Shown here piece after piece: positions 51,429 through 60,364 of a stretch of DNA of 64,000 nt. The translations under genes and the position numbers were made by a program. The number at the start of each line of letters is the position of its first letter. The first letter of the stretch is position 1. The notes below the pieces were generated by a model that made no database searches, was not told the origin of the DNA, and saw only the letters and a list, made by a program, of their open reading frames with translations. This stretch comes from Armatimonadota bacterium (lineage in GTDB: Bacteria > Armatimonadota > Zipacnadia > JAUWAU01): contig JAUWAU010000016.1 of NCBI GenBank assembly GCA_030601885.1, positions 66,817 to 130,816 of the forward strand, written 5' to 3'.

Positions 51429-52526
51429 TCAGTTGAGCGCTGCCGGGCCCCACTCCGGCGCGTCGAAGATCTCGCGCAGCAGCTCGAGGTAGTACATGAA
51501 GTTCTCGAAAGGGATGTCCGGCGGGGCGGCGTGGTCCACCATCGGCCCGTAGCCGCCGGCCTCGACGAGCTGCGGCACCTTCGACATCACCTCTTCCCTC
51601 ACGGCCTCACGGTCCGCTGCCAGCGCCCGCTTATCGATGGCGCCGATCATCAGCAGCTCGCGCCCGTATTGCCCGCGGTACTTCAGCGCGTCGCAGTCCG
51701 CGGCCACCTCGATGGGATACACGCCGTTGACGCCGCCCTCGAGCCAGAGCGGGATGAGCTCGTCGGTGTTGCCGTCGCAGTCGAGGAGGAAGACGTCAAT
51801 CCCCCGAGCCCGCAGGAAGGCCGTGACGCGCTGGTAGCACGGCAGCATGAACTCGCGGACGAGCGAGGGCGAGATCAGGCTGCCCGTCTTCATCGCCATG
51901 TCCTCCCAGAGGACCGCGAAGTCCAGCTCCACTTCGTCCACGGCGCGCTCGATGGTGGCGATGACGAAGTCGGCGATGTAGTTGGTCATCTCGCGGACCA
52001 GCTCCGGATCGTCGTAGTACATGACCGCCAGGTGCTCCATCCCCATCCAGTTCCGGATCCAGCCGTAATAGGAGCCCCCATGAATGCCGAGCGGATAGTC
52101 GCGCCCGCTCCAGCCGCGCTTGGCGTCCTCCCAGTACTGCGGGTAGCGGCACGGCGCGGCCGGATCGAGCCGCTCCTTGAAGATCTCCCATTGCTCCCTT
52201 CCGCGGAGCGGATATGTGATCCACTGCGGCATGCCGATCTCGCGGTCCTTCCACACCCTCATGCGCCCGCCCAGCTCATCGGCGACGATCTTGTATTGCT
52301 CCGTCTCCTCTATCGTCTCTTGCTCCAGTCCGGGGACGAGCCCGAGGCTGATGGGCAGCGTCTCGTAGCGGTCGAAGCCGAAGAAGGCGTTGAAGTGGAC
52401 GTCCTTCGGGAGGCCCTCGTTCTGCCAGCGCTTCACCGTGTCGCGGAAGACCCACTGGGGCATCATGAAGGGTCGGTCGGGCTTACCGAAGTGCATGGTC
52501 TCGTGGAAGCGCTCGCGGGCGGTCAC
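51429..52526 (-). CDS. Uroporphyrinogen decarboxylase (URO-D) family protein
   Basis: The N-terminus is MTARERFHETMHFGKPDRPF and the C-terminal block is GGYGPMVDHAAPPDIPFENF. It is co-linear with its paralogue along the whole length. Confidence 0.7.
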   Translation of the reverse strand: MTARERFHETMHFGKPDRPFMMPQWVFRDTVKRWQNEGLPKDVHFNAFFGFDRYETLPISLGLVPGLEQETIEETEQYKIVADELGGRMRVWKDREIGMPQWITYPLRGREQWEIFKERLDPAAPCRYPQYWEDAKRGWSGRDYPLGIHGGSYYGWIRNWMGMEHLAVMYYDDPELVREMTNYIADFVIATIERAVDEVELDFAVLWEDMAMKTGSLISPSLVREFMLPCYQRVTAFLRARGIDVFLLDCDGNTDELIPLWLEGGVNGVYPIEVAADCDALKYRGQYGRELLMIGAIDKRALAADREAVREEVMSKVPQLVEAGGYGPMVDHAAPPDIPFENFMYYLELLREIFDAPEWGPAALN

Positions 52527-52735
52527 TGGGCATCGCCTCGTTTCGTGCGTGACGCGGCGGAGGCTAGTTCCACGCGGCGGCGATGTGTCCTGCCGAGCAG
52601 GCGAGGAGCCGGGTGAGAGCGAAGTAGGGGTCCGGGGTGCACGGCTTGGCCCCTGACCCTTCGGCCCCGTGCGGGATCCCGAAGGGGGTCAGGCGCCGTG
52701 GCACACGGATTCTCGAGGAATGGAGGGCTGGGAAA

Positions 52736-53698
52736 ATGAGCAGTCTAAGATTCGTTGTGGCTGGACTACTGCTCGTCGTTTCGCTGGCGCTTCTTGGAGA
52801 CAGAGGCCTGGCGCAGCAGGCGAGGCGTCAGCCGCCGAGGCCGGCGCCGGATGTGGCCGACGTCTCTTACGGCCCGCACGCGAGCAGCGTGCTCGACCTC
52901 TGGAAGGCCAAGTCCGACGAACCGACGCCGCTGGTCGTGTTCATCCACGGCGGCGGCTTCCGGGGCGGCGACAAACGGGGAGTGCCGGCTCCGCTGCTCC
53001 AGGAGGCTCTCGCAGCAGGCATGTCGGTGGCCTCCATCAACTATCGCCTGAGCAACGTGGCCACCTTCCCGGCGCCTATGCTCGACAGCACCCGGGCCAT
53101 TCAGTTCCTGCGCTCGAGGGCCGCCGAATGGAACCTCGATCCGACGAAGATCGCCTCCACCGGCGGGTCGGCCGGGGCCGGCATCTCCATGTGGATCGCC
53201 TTCCGCGACGACATGGCAAAGCCCGACAGCGACGACCCCATCGAGCGCCAGTCCACCCGGCTCTCGTGCATCGGGCCCTACAACGGTCAGTGCTCGTACG
53301 ATCCGCGCTTCATCAGGAAGCACATCGGCGGGAGCGACATTTCGCATTCGGCGCTGCTGGCGTTCTACGGCCTTGCGCGGGAGGAGTTCGACACGCCGAA
53401 GGCCCACAAGCTGTTCGAGGCGGCATCGGCCATCAACTACCTCACCGCCGACGATCCGCCCGTGTTCATGTTCTACCCGGCGAAGGCGGCTCCGCTTCCC
53501 CTTCCCGCCGACGTGGCCGAGGGCGTATGCATCCACCATCCGCAGTTCGGCGTCGTGCTGAAGCAAGAGATGGACAAGCTGGGGATCAAGTGCGAGCTGC
53601 ACCTGGCTGAGGAGTACGGGGAGGCACGGCAGAAGCTGCAGGCGACCGCCTTCGGCCAGATGGTGAAGTTCTTCGGAGAGTGCTTTGCAGGTAAGTGA
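52736..53698 (+). CDS. Secreted alpha/beta-hydrolase esterase (HGGG / GxSxG type)
   Basis: Signal peptide MSSLRFVVAGLLLVVSLALLG. The oxyanion block is VVFIHGGGFRGGD. The nucleophile elbow is STGGSAGAG. Confidence 0.8.
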   Translation: MSSLRFVVAGLLLVVSLALLGDRGLAQQARRQPPRPAPDVADVSYGPHASSVLDLWKAKSDEPTPLVVFIHGGGFRGGDKRGVPAPLLQEALAAGMSVASINYRLSNVATFPAPMLDSTRAIQFLRSRAAEWNLDPTKIASTGGSAGAGISMWIAFRDDMAKPDSDDPIERQSTRLSCIGPYNGQCSYDPRFIRKHIGGSDISHSALLAFYGLAREEFDTPKAHKLFEAASAINYLTADDPPVFMFYPAKAAPLPLPADVAEGVCIHHPQFGVVLKQEMDKLGIKCELHLAEEYGEARQKLQATAFGQMVKFFGECFAGK

Positions 53699-53715
53699 GG
53701 GAGCGAGGCAGCTCT

Positions 53716-53835
53716 ACGCCTGCGGGAAGCCCTCCTCGCGGAGGCGGGCGCCGATGGCGCGCATCTGGGGCTCGTCTCGGGGGTCGATGGAGCCGTCGCC
53801 CCGGGGGCCGGTGTTGAGGAGCAGGTTGGCGTTGG
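53716..53835 (-). pseudogene. Displaced 3' fragment of the GH29 fucosidase gene
   Basis: It translates on the minus strand to NANLLLNTGPRGDGSIDPRDEPQMRAIGARLREEGFPQA-stop. The intact gene ends NANLLRNTGPRGDGSLDPRDEPQMRAIGARLREEGFPG-stop. Confidence 0.8.
53724..53834. repeat. 111-bp near-identical direct repeat (partner 54768..54878)
   Basis: Reads GGGAAGCCCTCCTCGCGGAGGCGGGCGCCGATGGCGCGCATCTGGGGCTCGTCTCGGGGGTCGA(T/G)GGAGCCGTCGCCCCGGGGGCCGGTGTTG(A/C)GGAGCAGGTTGGCGTTG. I can see two mismatches. Confidence 0.9.
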
Positions 53836-53843
53836 CGTGGCGG

Positions 53844-54722
53844 CTACTGGGCTGCGCGGGTGAGGGCGCCCTTCGCCGCGTGCCACACGACTACAAAGGT
53901 GACGGCATAGGCGGCCGCTGAGCACACCGTGAGCCAGAGCGCGACCGCCTCGCTGGTGCCACCCAGAGAGTTGGCGGCAATTGACGCCAGCCGGCCCACG
54001 ACGATGGGGAGGCCCACCCCCGCGATCAAGACGCTGACCACGCCGGCGACCGCCCGGCGTCGCGTCAGGACGCCGACGAGGAGTCCGAGTGTGCTCGCGG
54101 CGAGAAGCTGCGTGAGGACGCCGATGGCCCAGACCACATGCAGACCCGGATGTGCGCCTGCGGCCATCGCGAGAGGCTCCATTGAAACGGCGCAGACTAG
54201 GCGCACCACACAGAATGGCATTGCCAACGCCCCGAGTCTGCCGACCAGAAGCTGGCGAACTGACGCGCCACTGGTGAGGGCTGCTGCCAGGCGGCCCTCC
54301 CTCCGGTCAGCCACAAGCGACATCGCGGCGTGCGCAGGCAGGACGTAGCGAGCGGCAACAAGCACTAGCCATTCGGCTATTCGGATGATGACTGCGAGAA
54401 TCGCACGCCAGTGTCCCGTCCACAGAGATGCCTCATAGGCGAAGACGGCTGGTCTTGGGAGCTCCGGAGGCAGGCCAGCTTGAAGGAGCCAGAATGTCGG
54501 CCAGACGCGGCTGTCCGGGTCGATCCGGTTGATGGCCAGGAGCGTACCGTGATACGCGACATAGTCCACGAGGGCGACCGGGGGCGCTACGAACAACAGC
54601 ACGCCGATCATCCACCCGGGCCACATCCGCCGGGCCTCGAAGCAGAATACGGAGTTTCTGCCCAAGACCGGCACGCGTTCCCAGCCCAGTCTGTCTGCGC
54701 GTTGCTCACCCGTGTCCGTCAT
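53844..54722 (-). CDS. Multi-pass membrane protein of unknown family (ABC-2-permease-like topology?)
   Basis: 292 aa with about 6-7 hydrophobic segments. It sits between the fucosidase gene and the displaced fucosidase 3' fragment. Confidence 0.55.
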   Translation of the reverse strand: MTDTGEQRADRLGWERVPVLGRNSVFCFEARRMWPGWMIGVLLFVAPPVALVDYVAYHGTLLAINRIDPDSRVWPTFWLLQAGLPPELPRPAVFAYEASLWTGHWRAILAVIIRIAEWLVLVAARYVLPAHAAMSLVADRREGRLAAALTSGASVRQLLVGRLGALAMPFCVVRLVCAVSMEPLAMAAGAHPGLHVVWAIGVLTQLLAASTLGLLVGVLTRRRAVAGVVSVLIAGVGLPIVVGRLASIAANSLGGTSEAVALWLTVCSAAAYAVTFVVVWHAAKGALTRAAQ

Positions 54723-54759
54723 TCCGAACGGCCTCTATCCCCGGGAGACCTCTCGGGCC

Positions 54760-55824
54760 TCACCCCGGGAAGCCCTCCTCGCGGAGGCGGGCGCCGATGG
54801 CGCGCATCTGGGGCTCGTCTCGGGGGTCGAGGGAGCCGTCGCCCCGGGGGCCGGTGTTGCGGAGCAGGTTGGCGTTGCCCTGGCGCGCTTCGCGCAGCGA
54901 CTCCCAGACCTCGTCGGCGGTCTTGTGGTGTGTGTCCTCCGCCTCCTGGTAGCCCCATGAGACGGGCGGGCCGATCATGGTGGTGCAGACCTCGAGTGGC
55001 TTCCCGGGCTGGGCGTACACCTGGCCCTGGCGCCCCTCGTCGCCCTCCTCCGGCACGTGGTGCTCCGGCGCGAAGAAATCCTCTGTGCCCAGCCACCCCT
55101 GCTTGTAGGTGACGAGCACCTGCGGCTGCATGCCGCGGATGAAGTCGTAGAGCTCCTGGCACTTGAACTGTTCCCCGGGGCCCTTGCGCGGGACCGCGAT
55201 CCCGTCCAGCCAGATGCCGGCGATTTGGCCGTAGTTCGCGAGCAGCTCCTTGATCTGCGCCGTCATCAAGTCAACGTAGATCTGCAGATCGTGGTCATCC
55301 CCGTACGCGTACGACGGCTCCGGCGGGTCGTACTTCGGCCGCGCGCTGCCTCCCCACTCGTCGTTGTTGGGCGCGTGGGGGTGCTTCCAGTCGCGGCCGT
55401 GGGAGTAGTAGAAAAAGAGGCCGAGGCGGCGCTTGCTGCAGGCTGCCGCGAGCTCGGCGAGGAGGTCGCGCTTCGCGGGCGAGTTGGCGCTGGTGAAGTC
55501 GGTCTCCCTGCTGTCCCACAGGCAGAAGCTGTCGTGGTGCCGAGTGGTGATGTTGATGTACTTCATGCCGCAGTCCTCGGCGAACGCGGCGATGTGGTCC
55601 GCGTCGAACTTCTCGGCGGTGAACTGGTCCTTGAGCTTGGCGTACTCGGCCACGGGGATCTTCTCCCGAAGCTGCACCCACTCGTGCCGACCCAGCAGCG
55701 AATACAGGCCGTAGTGCAGGAAGAGGCCGTACTTGGCGTCCCTGAACCACTCCGTGGCCGCGGCTCTGGGGTCCTGCTGGTACTGGTCCTCGTAGCCTCT
55801 CAGATAGCTCGGAATCTCGGCCAT
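54760..55824 (-). CDS. Alpha-L-fucosidase (GH29)
   Basis: The ATG at 55824 follows GGAGGG by 7 nt. Family blocks are AKYGLFLHYGLYSLLGRHEW, KYINITTRHHDSFCLWDS and FFYYSHGRDW. Confidence 0.85.
   Translation of the reverse strand: MAEIPSYLRGYEDQYQQDPRAAATEWFRDAKYGLFLHYGLYSLLGRHEWVQLREKIPVAEYAKLKDQFTAEKFDADHIAAFAEDCGMKYINITTRHHDSFCLWDSRETDFTSANSPAKRDLLAELAAACSKRRLGLFFYYSHGRDWKHPHAPNNDEWGGSARPKYDPPEPSYAYGDDHDLQIYVDLMTAQIKELLANYGQIAGIWLDGIAVPRKGPGEQFKCQELYDFIRGMQPQVLVTYKQGWLGTEDFFAPEHHVPEEGDEGRQGQVYAQPGKPLEVCTTMIGPPVSWGYQEAEDTHHKTADEVWESLREARQGNANLLRNTGPRGDGSLDPRDEPQMRAIGARLREEGFPG
54768..54878. repeat. 111-bp near-identical direct repeat (partner 53724..53834)
   Basis: It lies in the 3' end of the intact fucosidase gene. 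See the partner entry. Confidence 0.9.
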
Positions 55825-55906
55825 GAGGTATCCCTCCGATGTATCGTTCGTCACCACGGGCCGTTCGACTTCCCGGCGAGCATCCCCTGCCGACCCCTGT
55901 TGGCTG

Positions 55907-58117
55907 TCATCCTCGCCAGAACCCGAACACCTCGACGCCCCAGATGACGCCGATTATGCTCCACATTCCGCCGATGACGAACTCCCCGATTATCAGCCCC
56001 ATGAACAGCGGCAGCAGGCGCATGTACATCTTGTAGCCGCCGTAGCGTATGATGATGACCTTGGCGAGCCAGGCGATGAACAGGCTCGAGTACGACCAGC
56101 CCATCGACCATTCGCCTGAGATGGCATAGCCCAATGGGTGCAGCGGGAGCGAGACGAAGCGCGCCCGAAGGGTCATAAGCCCCAGGGCCGTGAGCAGCCC
56201 GACGGCGATGGCGCCGCTGACGTTGTAGTCCGGCTGCTGCCCCACCTCGAGCCACGTCTGCAGCCGCGTGAAGGCCTCCCGCCCGTAGCCGTGCGTGCCC
56301 CAGCCGGTCATCTTCCCCCGCACGCCGAGCCGGTACGCGATGTGCAGGTAGGCCCAGAAGTGGCTCAGGCAGCCGGCGAGGACGGCGATCATGATGGCGA
56401 AGGCCATGCGCCGCTGGGACATGCCCGTCCGCTCGCAGAGCTTGAAGCCCTCGAGCTGGTGCGGCATCGGGTGGCTGCGGTACGCCCGGTTGAACCAGCG
56501 ATAGAAAGTGAATACCGTGAGCGCCCGGGGGCCAAAAGCCCCCGTGCCGAGCACCGTCGGGAGCATCGCGTCGGGCCCCACGTGGTGCAGGTCGTGCGTC
56601 GGCGGGCCGAGCTGGGCGCGCATGCGGGTGATGGCGACGGCGATGATGTAGTACAACACGAAAAACGTTATGCCCGCCCAGATGGGGAGGCCTATGGCGT
56701 GCGAGAAGAGCACGAGGGCGACTATCCCGCCAAGAGCCCCATAGACGGCCGCCCGCGGCCGGAGGGCCTCCTTGTCGAACTCGGCGCTTTGCGGTCCAAC
56801 GAAAGCCATGCGCAGCACGCTGCCGAAGTATGCCCGGGCGGCATACACGGCGAAGAGGCAGATGGCGATGTAGGCGCCGAGTGCCTGCTCCTTGGCGTAT
56901 GGCCAGTAGCCCCGGCCGACCGGCAGCCCCAGAGCACTGGAGATGATGGCCTCGAGCTTCCAGATGATGAAGAAGAACCAGCAGCTAAAGAGCAGGTCCA
57001 CCGGCAGTAGGTAGCCGAGACCGACGACGAAGGGGAAGACCGTCACCGGCGTTGAGCCGATGCCGCTCCACGGACGCGCCCGGACGTACTGGCGGAGGTT
57101 GAACCGCTGCGCGTTCCACGCGGGCACGGACGGGAAGAACATGTGCAGGCCGTTGAGCAGATCGTACAGCCCCGCCAGCGCAAAGCCGATCCACATCATC
57201 TTGTCCCGCAGCAGAGAGCCCTGCGGATCGGTCATGTCGTACGGGAGCAGCACAATCGGGTACGTCAGCCGCTCCTGCTCCATCCAGCGCTTGCGCACGA
57301 TCGCACTGAGACACACCATCACGCCGAGCAGCACCATGATGAAGGCGGTCCAGATTAGCGAGGGCCAGAGCCACGTGAGGAGGCGTTCGGGCCGGTAGAA
57401 TGTCGAGCCGCCCTCGAAGTACGGCTTCAGCACGTCCATGTCGCTAACGCCCAGAAAGCCCGGCATGTGCTTGTGGAACATGTCGGCCCAGTCGTTTTCA
57501 GGCGTGGCGTACCAGTAGCCGTACGGCATGATGCAGATGAGCGGCTTGAGCATGTCGATGGAGCACAGGGCGGTGACCATGCAGAGCATGGTGTAAATGA
57601 CCAGCAGCTCGGTGCGGGCAAGGGCGATGCGGGGCCAGAGGCGCCGGAGGATGTGGTTCAGGAGCGTCAGGGCCAGGAGCGTGAGAACGACGTTGAAGAA
57701 GAGCGACACGGTGCTGGCGAAGCCCCGCCCGCGCACGATCTCCATGTGGATGAGCCAGTAGCATTGAAACGGCGCAAGCGCCACGCCGATGAGGATCGAC
57801 CGCCACGTGACGCCCTCGAGAATGGCTGTGCCATTCTCACTGATTCTCTCAATCGTGCTTGGATCAGCCACCGGGTTTGCCGTCGCTGGTTCGCTCTTCG
57901 TCCCTGGCGCCAGGCGTTCGCCTCTCGAGGCGAGGGCTCCTCTTGTGCGTGCGCACAGACGGCTGGTCCGGCGCCTGCCGGTTTCCCTGACTCGTCCCTC
58001 CGAAGGCAGCGGATCATCCTGCCATGGCGTCACGTTCGCTACTACTGGAGAAATGCGGTATAATCGCATGGGCCGGAACACGTCGGTGCACGAGAGGATG
58101 TGCGAGCGATGAATCAA
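55907..58117 (-). CDS. Large multi-pass membrane protein (resembles the DUF6785/DUF6784-type proteins of PVC bacteria); start uncertain
   Basis: About 14 or more hydrophobic segments begin at GVTWRSILIGVALAPFQCYW. The first ~100 track codons are Arg/Pro-rich and probably not all coding. It lies 82 nt upstream of the GH29 gene on the same strand. Confidence 0.6.
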   Translation of the reverse strand: MIHRSHILSCTDVFRPMRLYRISPVVANVTPWQDDPLPSEGRVRETGRRRTSRLCARTRGALASRGERLAPGTKSEPATANPVADPSTIERISENGTAILEGVTWRSILIGVALAPFQCYWLIHMEIVRGRGFASTVSLFFNVVLTLLALTLLNHILRRLWPRIALARTELLVIYTMLCMVTALCSIDMLKPLICIMPYGYWYATPENDWADMFHKHMPGFLGVSDMDVLKPYFEGGSTFYRPERLLTWLWPSLIWTAFIMVLLGVMVCLSAIVRKRWMEQERLTYPIVLLPYDMTDPQGSLLRDKMMWIGFALAGLYDLLNGLHMFFPSVPAWNAQRFNLRQYVRARPWSGIGSTPVTVFPFVVGLGYLLPVDLLFSCWFFFIIWKLEAIISSALGLPVGRGYWPYAKEQALGAYIAICLFAVYAARAYFGSVLRMAFVGPQSAEFDKEALRPRAAVYGALGGIVALVLFSHAIGLPIWAGITFFVLYYIIAVAITRMRAQLGPPTHDLHHVGPDAMLPTVLGTGAFGPRALTVFTFYRWFNRAYRSHPMPHQLEGFKLCERTGMSQRRMAFAIMIAVLAGCLSHFWAYLHIAYRLGVRGKMTGWGTHGYGREAFTRLQTWLEVGQQPDYNVSGAIAVGLLTALGLMTLRARFVSLPLHPLGYAISGEWSMGWSYSSLFIAWLAKVIIIRYGGYKMYMRLLPLFMGLIIGEFVIGGMWSIIGVIWGVEVFGFWRG

Positions 58118-58897
58118 GGGGCGAGCATCATGCTAACCCTGCGCGAGCGTGCCGGCTATGTGGATGTAGAGTCCTTTGTGACCGCTACACGCGCGCTGAC
58201 GGTCATTCTGCGTGAGGTCGGTTCGGCGATCCCTGGCGGGCCCGGCGAGGGCCTTCGATGGGGCGTCTGTGCGTTGAGGTCGGATGGTGGTACGCTGGAG
58301 GCGGTCGCTATTCCGAAAGACTGCGCAGCCGCTCAGGCCAGTCACGTGATCGCCGCGTGCGTGGCTGGACTCAAGCACCTTGAGCACCATGCAGAACCCC
58401 CCGAGTTCTTCACAGACACAGCCCTTGTGGAAGCCAAGGCTCTGGTGAACCTATTGGAGCGTGACGTGGGCCGCATTGCCGTCGCAGGTGCGAATCAGCG
58501 CGCCGTCATTACTCAGCACGTGGCGGCTCACGTGGACGAGATCCTCGCCCGCGGCTACACGACTCCTATCTCTGTGGAAGGCCAAGTGGAGAGCATCTCG
58601 CTCCACGATCGTCCCGTCTTTGGGCTCCGGGAGCGCTTAGGCGGGCGCCGCGTCGAGTGCCACTTCCCGAGAAAGATGCTCGACGATGTGCGGGAGGCAC
58701 TCGGCCGCCGCGTGCTTGTCACCGGCAACGTACGCGTCAGCGAGGTAGACGACCCGCCGAGCATCCAGGTAGCGGCGATTCGAGCGTTCCCGCCGGAGGA
58801 GGAGCTCCCGTCCACCGACAGGATTAGAGGCCTGGATCGCGACTTCACCGGGCCGACCGATTCCGCTACACATGTGCGGGGGCTGTACGATGCCTAA
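58109..58897 (+). CDS. Hypothetical protein (~260 aa), upstream partner of the PIN toxin
   Basis: The ATG at 58109 follows GAGAGGA. No domain recognised. Its stop (TAA, 58895..58897) overlaps the PIN start (ATG, 58890) by 8 nt. Confidence 0.55.
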   Translation: MNQGASIMLTLRERAGYVDVESFVTATRALTVILREVGSAIPGGPGEGLRWGVCALRSDGGTLEAVAIPKDCAAAQASHVIAACVAGLKHLEHHAEPPEFFTDTALVEAKALVNLLERDVGRIAVAGANQRAVITQHVAAHVDEILARGYTTPISVEGQVESISLHDRPVFGLRERLGGRRVECHFPRKMLDDVREALGRRVLVTGNVRVSEVDDPPSIQVAAIRAFPPEEELPSTDRIRGLDRDFTGPTDSATHVRGLYDA

Positions 58898-59369
58898 CAG
58901 GCCGCCACGCCGATACTGGGACTCGAACGTGTTCATAGCGCTCATAAAGGACGAAGAGGGTCGTGCCCCGACGATGGCTGCCATCCTCGATGCGGCTGAG
59001 CGGGGCGAGACCGAGATAGTCACATCGGCGTTCACGCTCGTCGAGGTCATTAAGACCCCGGATGCTGCGACCCCACTCACGGAAGCTGAGGAGGCCCTTA
59101 TCCGAGGTTACTTCGAGCACGAGTTCCTGCTCGCGGTGCCATTCGGCTTGGCTATGGCGCAGGACGCCAGGCAGCTCATTTGGCGGCACAACATCCGTGT
59201 TTCGGACGCCATTCACGTTGTCACCGCGTTGCACGCCGGTGCCGATGTGCTCCAGACCTACAACGCCCGCCTGCATCGCCTCACGGGGCAGGAGGGGATA
59301 TCCCCTCTCGTGGTCCGGGAGCCAACGTTTGAGGGCAAGGTCGCGACGGGCCGCGGAGGAGGCGAGTAG
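58890..59369 (+). CDS. PIN-domain (VapC-like) ribonuclease toxin
   Basis: The PIN acidic residues are in context: YWDSNVFIAL, SAFTLVEV and SDAIHVVTALHAGADVLQTYN. It is about 159 aa with a short C-terminal extension. Confidence 0.75.
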   Translation: MPNRPPRRYWDSNVFIALIKDEEGRAPTMAAILDAAERGETEIVTSAFTLVEVIKTPDAATPLTEAEEALIRGYFEHEFLLAVPFGLAMAQDARQLIWRHNIRVSDAIHVVTALHAGADVLQTYNARLHRLTGQEGISPLVVREPTFEGKVATGRGGGE

Positions 59370-59454
59370 GAGTCCGGTGCCGCGCTGTGGTTGCTGCGTC
59401 AGAGGCATACCCGGGCAATCCCAGTGAGGTGGGAAGGACTGCCCATGGGCTGGC

Positions 59455-60234
59455 TCACTGTGCCTGCCTCGTCGCGACCGCCAGCAGATGATCCCAGGTG
59501 CGCTCCTCGTACTCGGAGCCATCGAAGGCGCCGTAGAAGCCCACCTCGGAGAAGCCGGCGGCGTGGAGCTGGCGCTCGAGGTCGGTGCGGAACGTGGGCC
59601 GGTGCTGCGTCGTCTCCACATGGTGCGCCCACTTGCCGCCTTCTTTCATGAGCGTCACCATGTTGAAGCCCACGAGCTCCGCGCCGAAGTCCAGCACGCG
59701 CAGGAACACCATCTCTTTGCCGTCGCGGAGGCCCGACGACGGTGGCATGAAGCGTTCGCCGTCGGCGATCATCTGCGCGTAGTTCAGCGTCTGCAGCACG
59801 AGCACACCGCCCGGGCCCAGGGAGGCATGGAAATCGTCGAGGGCCTCCTGCGCCGCCGACTCGGTGAGCAGGTGGGGGTAGGAGCTGCCGAGGCAGGTGA
59901 TCGCGTCAAACGTGCGCCCGATCTTCGCCTGGATCTCCCCAAAGCCCACCGGCAGGAACTCAATGCCGAGTTCGCCAAAGCTGCTCTCGCACACCGCCAA
60001 CATCTCCCGGCTCGGGTCGCATCCCACCACCTCCAGGCCCCACTCCCGGAACAGCGCGGCGTGGGGACCGGTGCCACAGGCCATGTCCAGGACGGTGCCA
60101 ACGTCGTGCTTCGTGAAGAGCTGCTCGTAGAAAGGCCCCTCACGCGCCAGGCGCTTCTCCCAGTCGATTAGCAGATCGTAGTTGGCCCCCAGGGCGTCGT
60201 AGAAGCGTGTATCGCCGGTCATGTGATGGCCCAC
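59455..60234 (-). CDS. Class I SAM-dependent methyltransferase
   Basis: Motif I is VLDMACGTGPHAALFREWGLEVVGCDPS and motif post-I/II is FDAITCLGSS. Confidence 0.8.
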   Translation of the reverse strand: MGHHMTGDTRFYDALGANYDLLIDWEKRLAREGPFYEQLFTKHDVGTVLDMACGTGPHAALFREWGLEVVGCDPSREMLAVCESSFGELGIEFLPVGFGEIQAKIGRTFDAITCLGSSYPHLLTESAAQEALDDFHASLGPGGVLVLQTLNYAQMIADGERFMPPSSGLRDGKEMVFLRVLDFGAELVGFNMVTLMKEGGKWAHHVETTQHRPTFRTDLERQLHAAGFSEVGFYGAFDGSEYEERTWDHLLAVATRQAQ

Positions 60235-60364
60235 CTCCTGATCGTGGGTTGCAGTTGACGGCGGCGCACGGAAGATCGTATTGTATAGGGCCCGTCATCG
60301 CCGACGGGCGCCGGTCTGTCGCCCCCGGACAATGCCACTGCCAGCCCTGAAACGGAGGGCCCCA

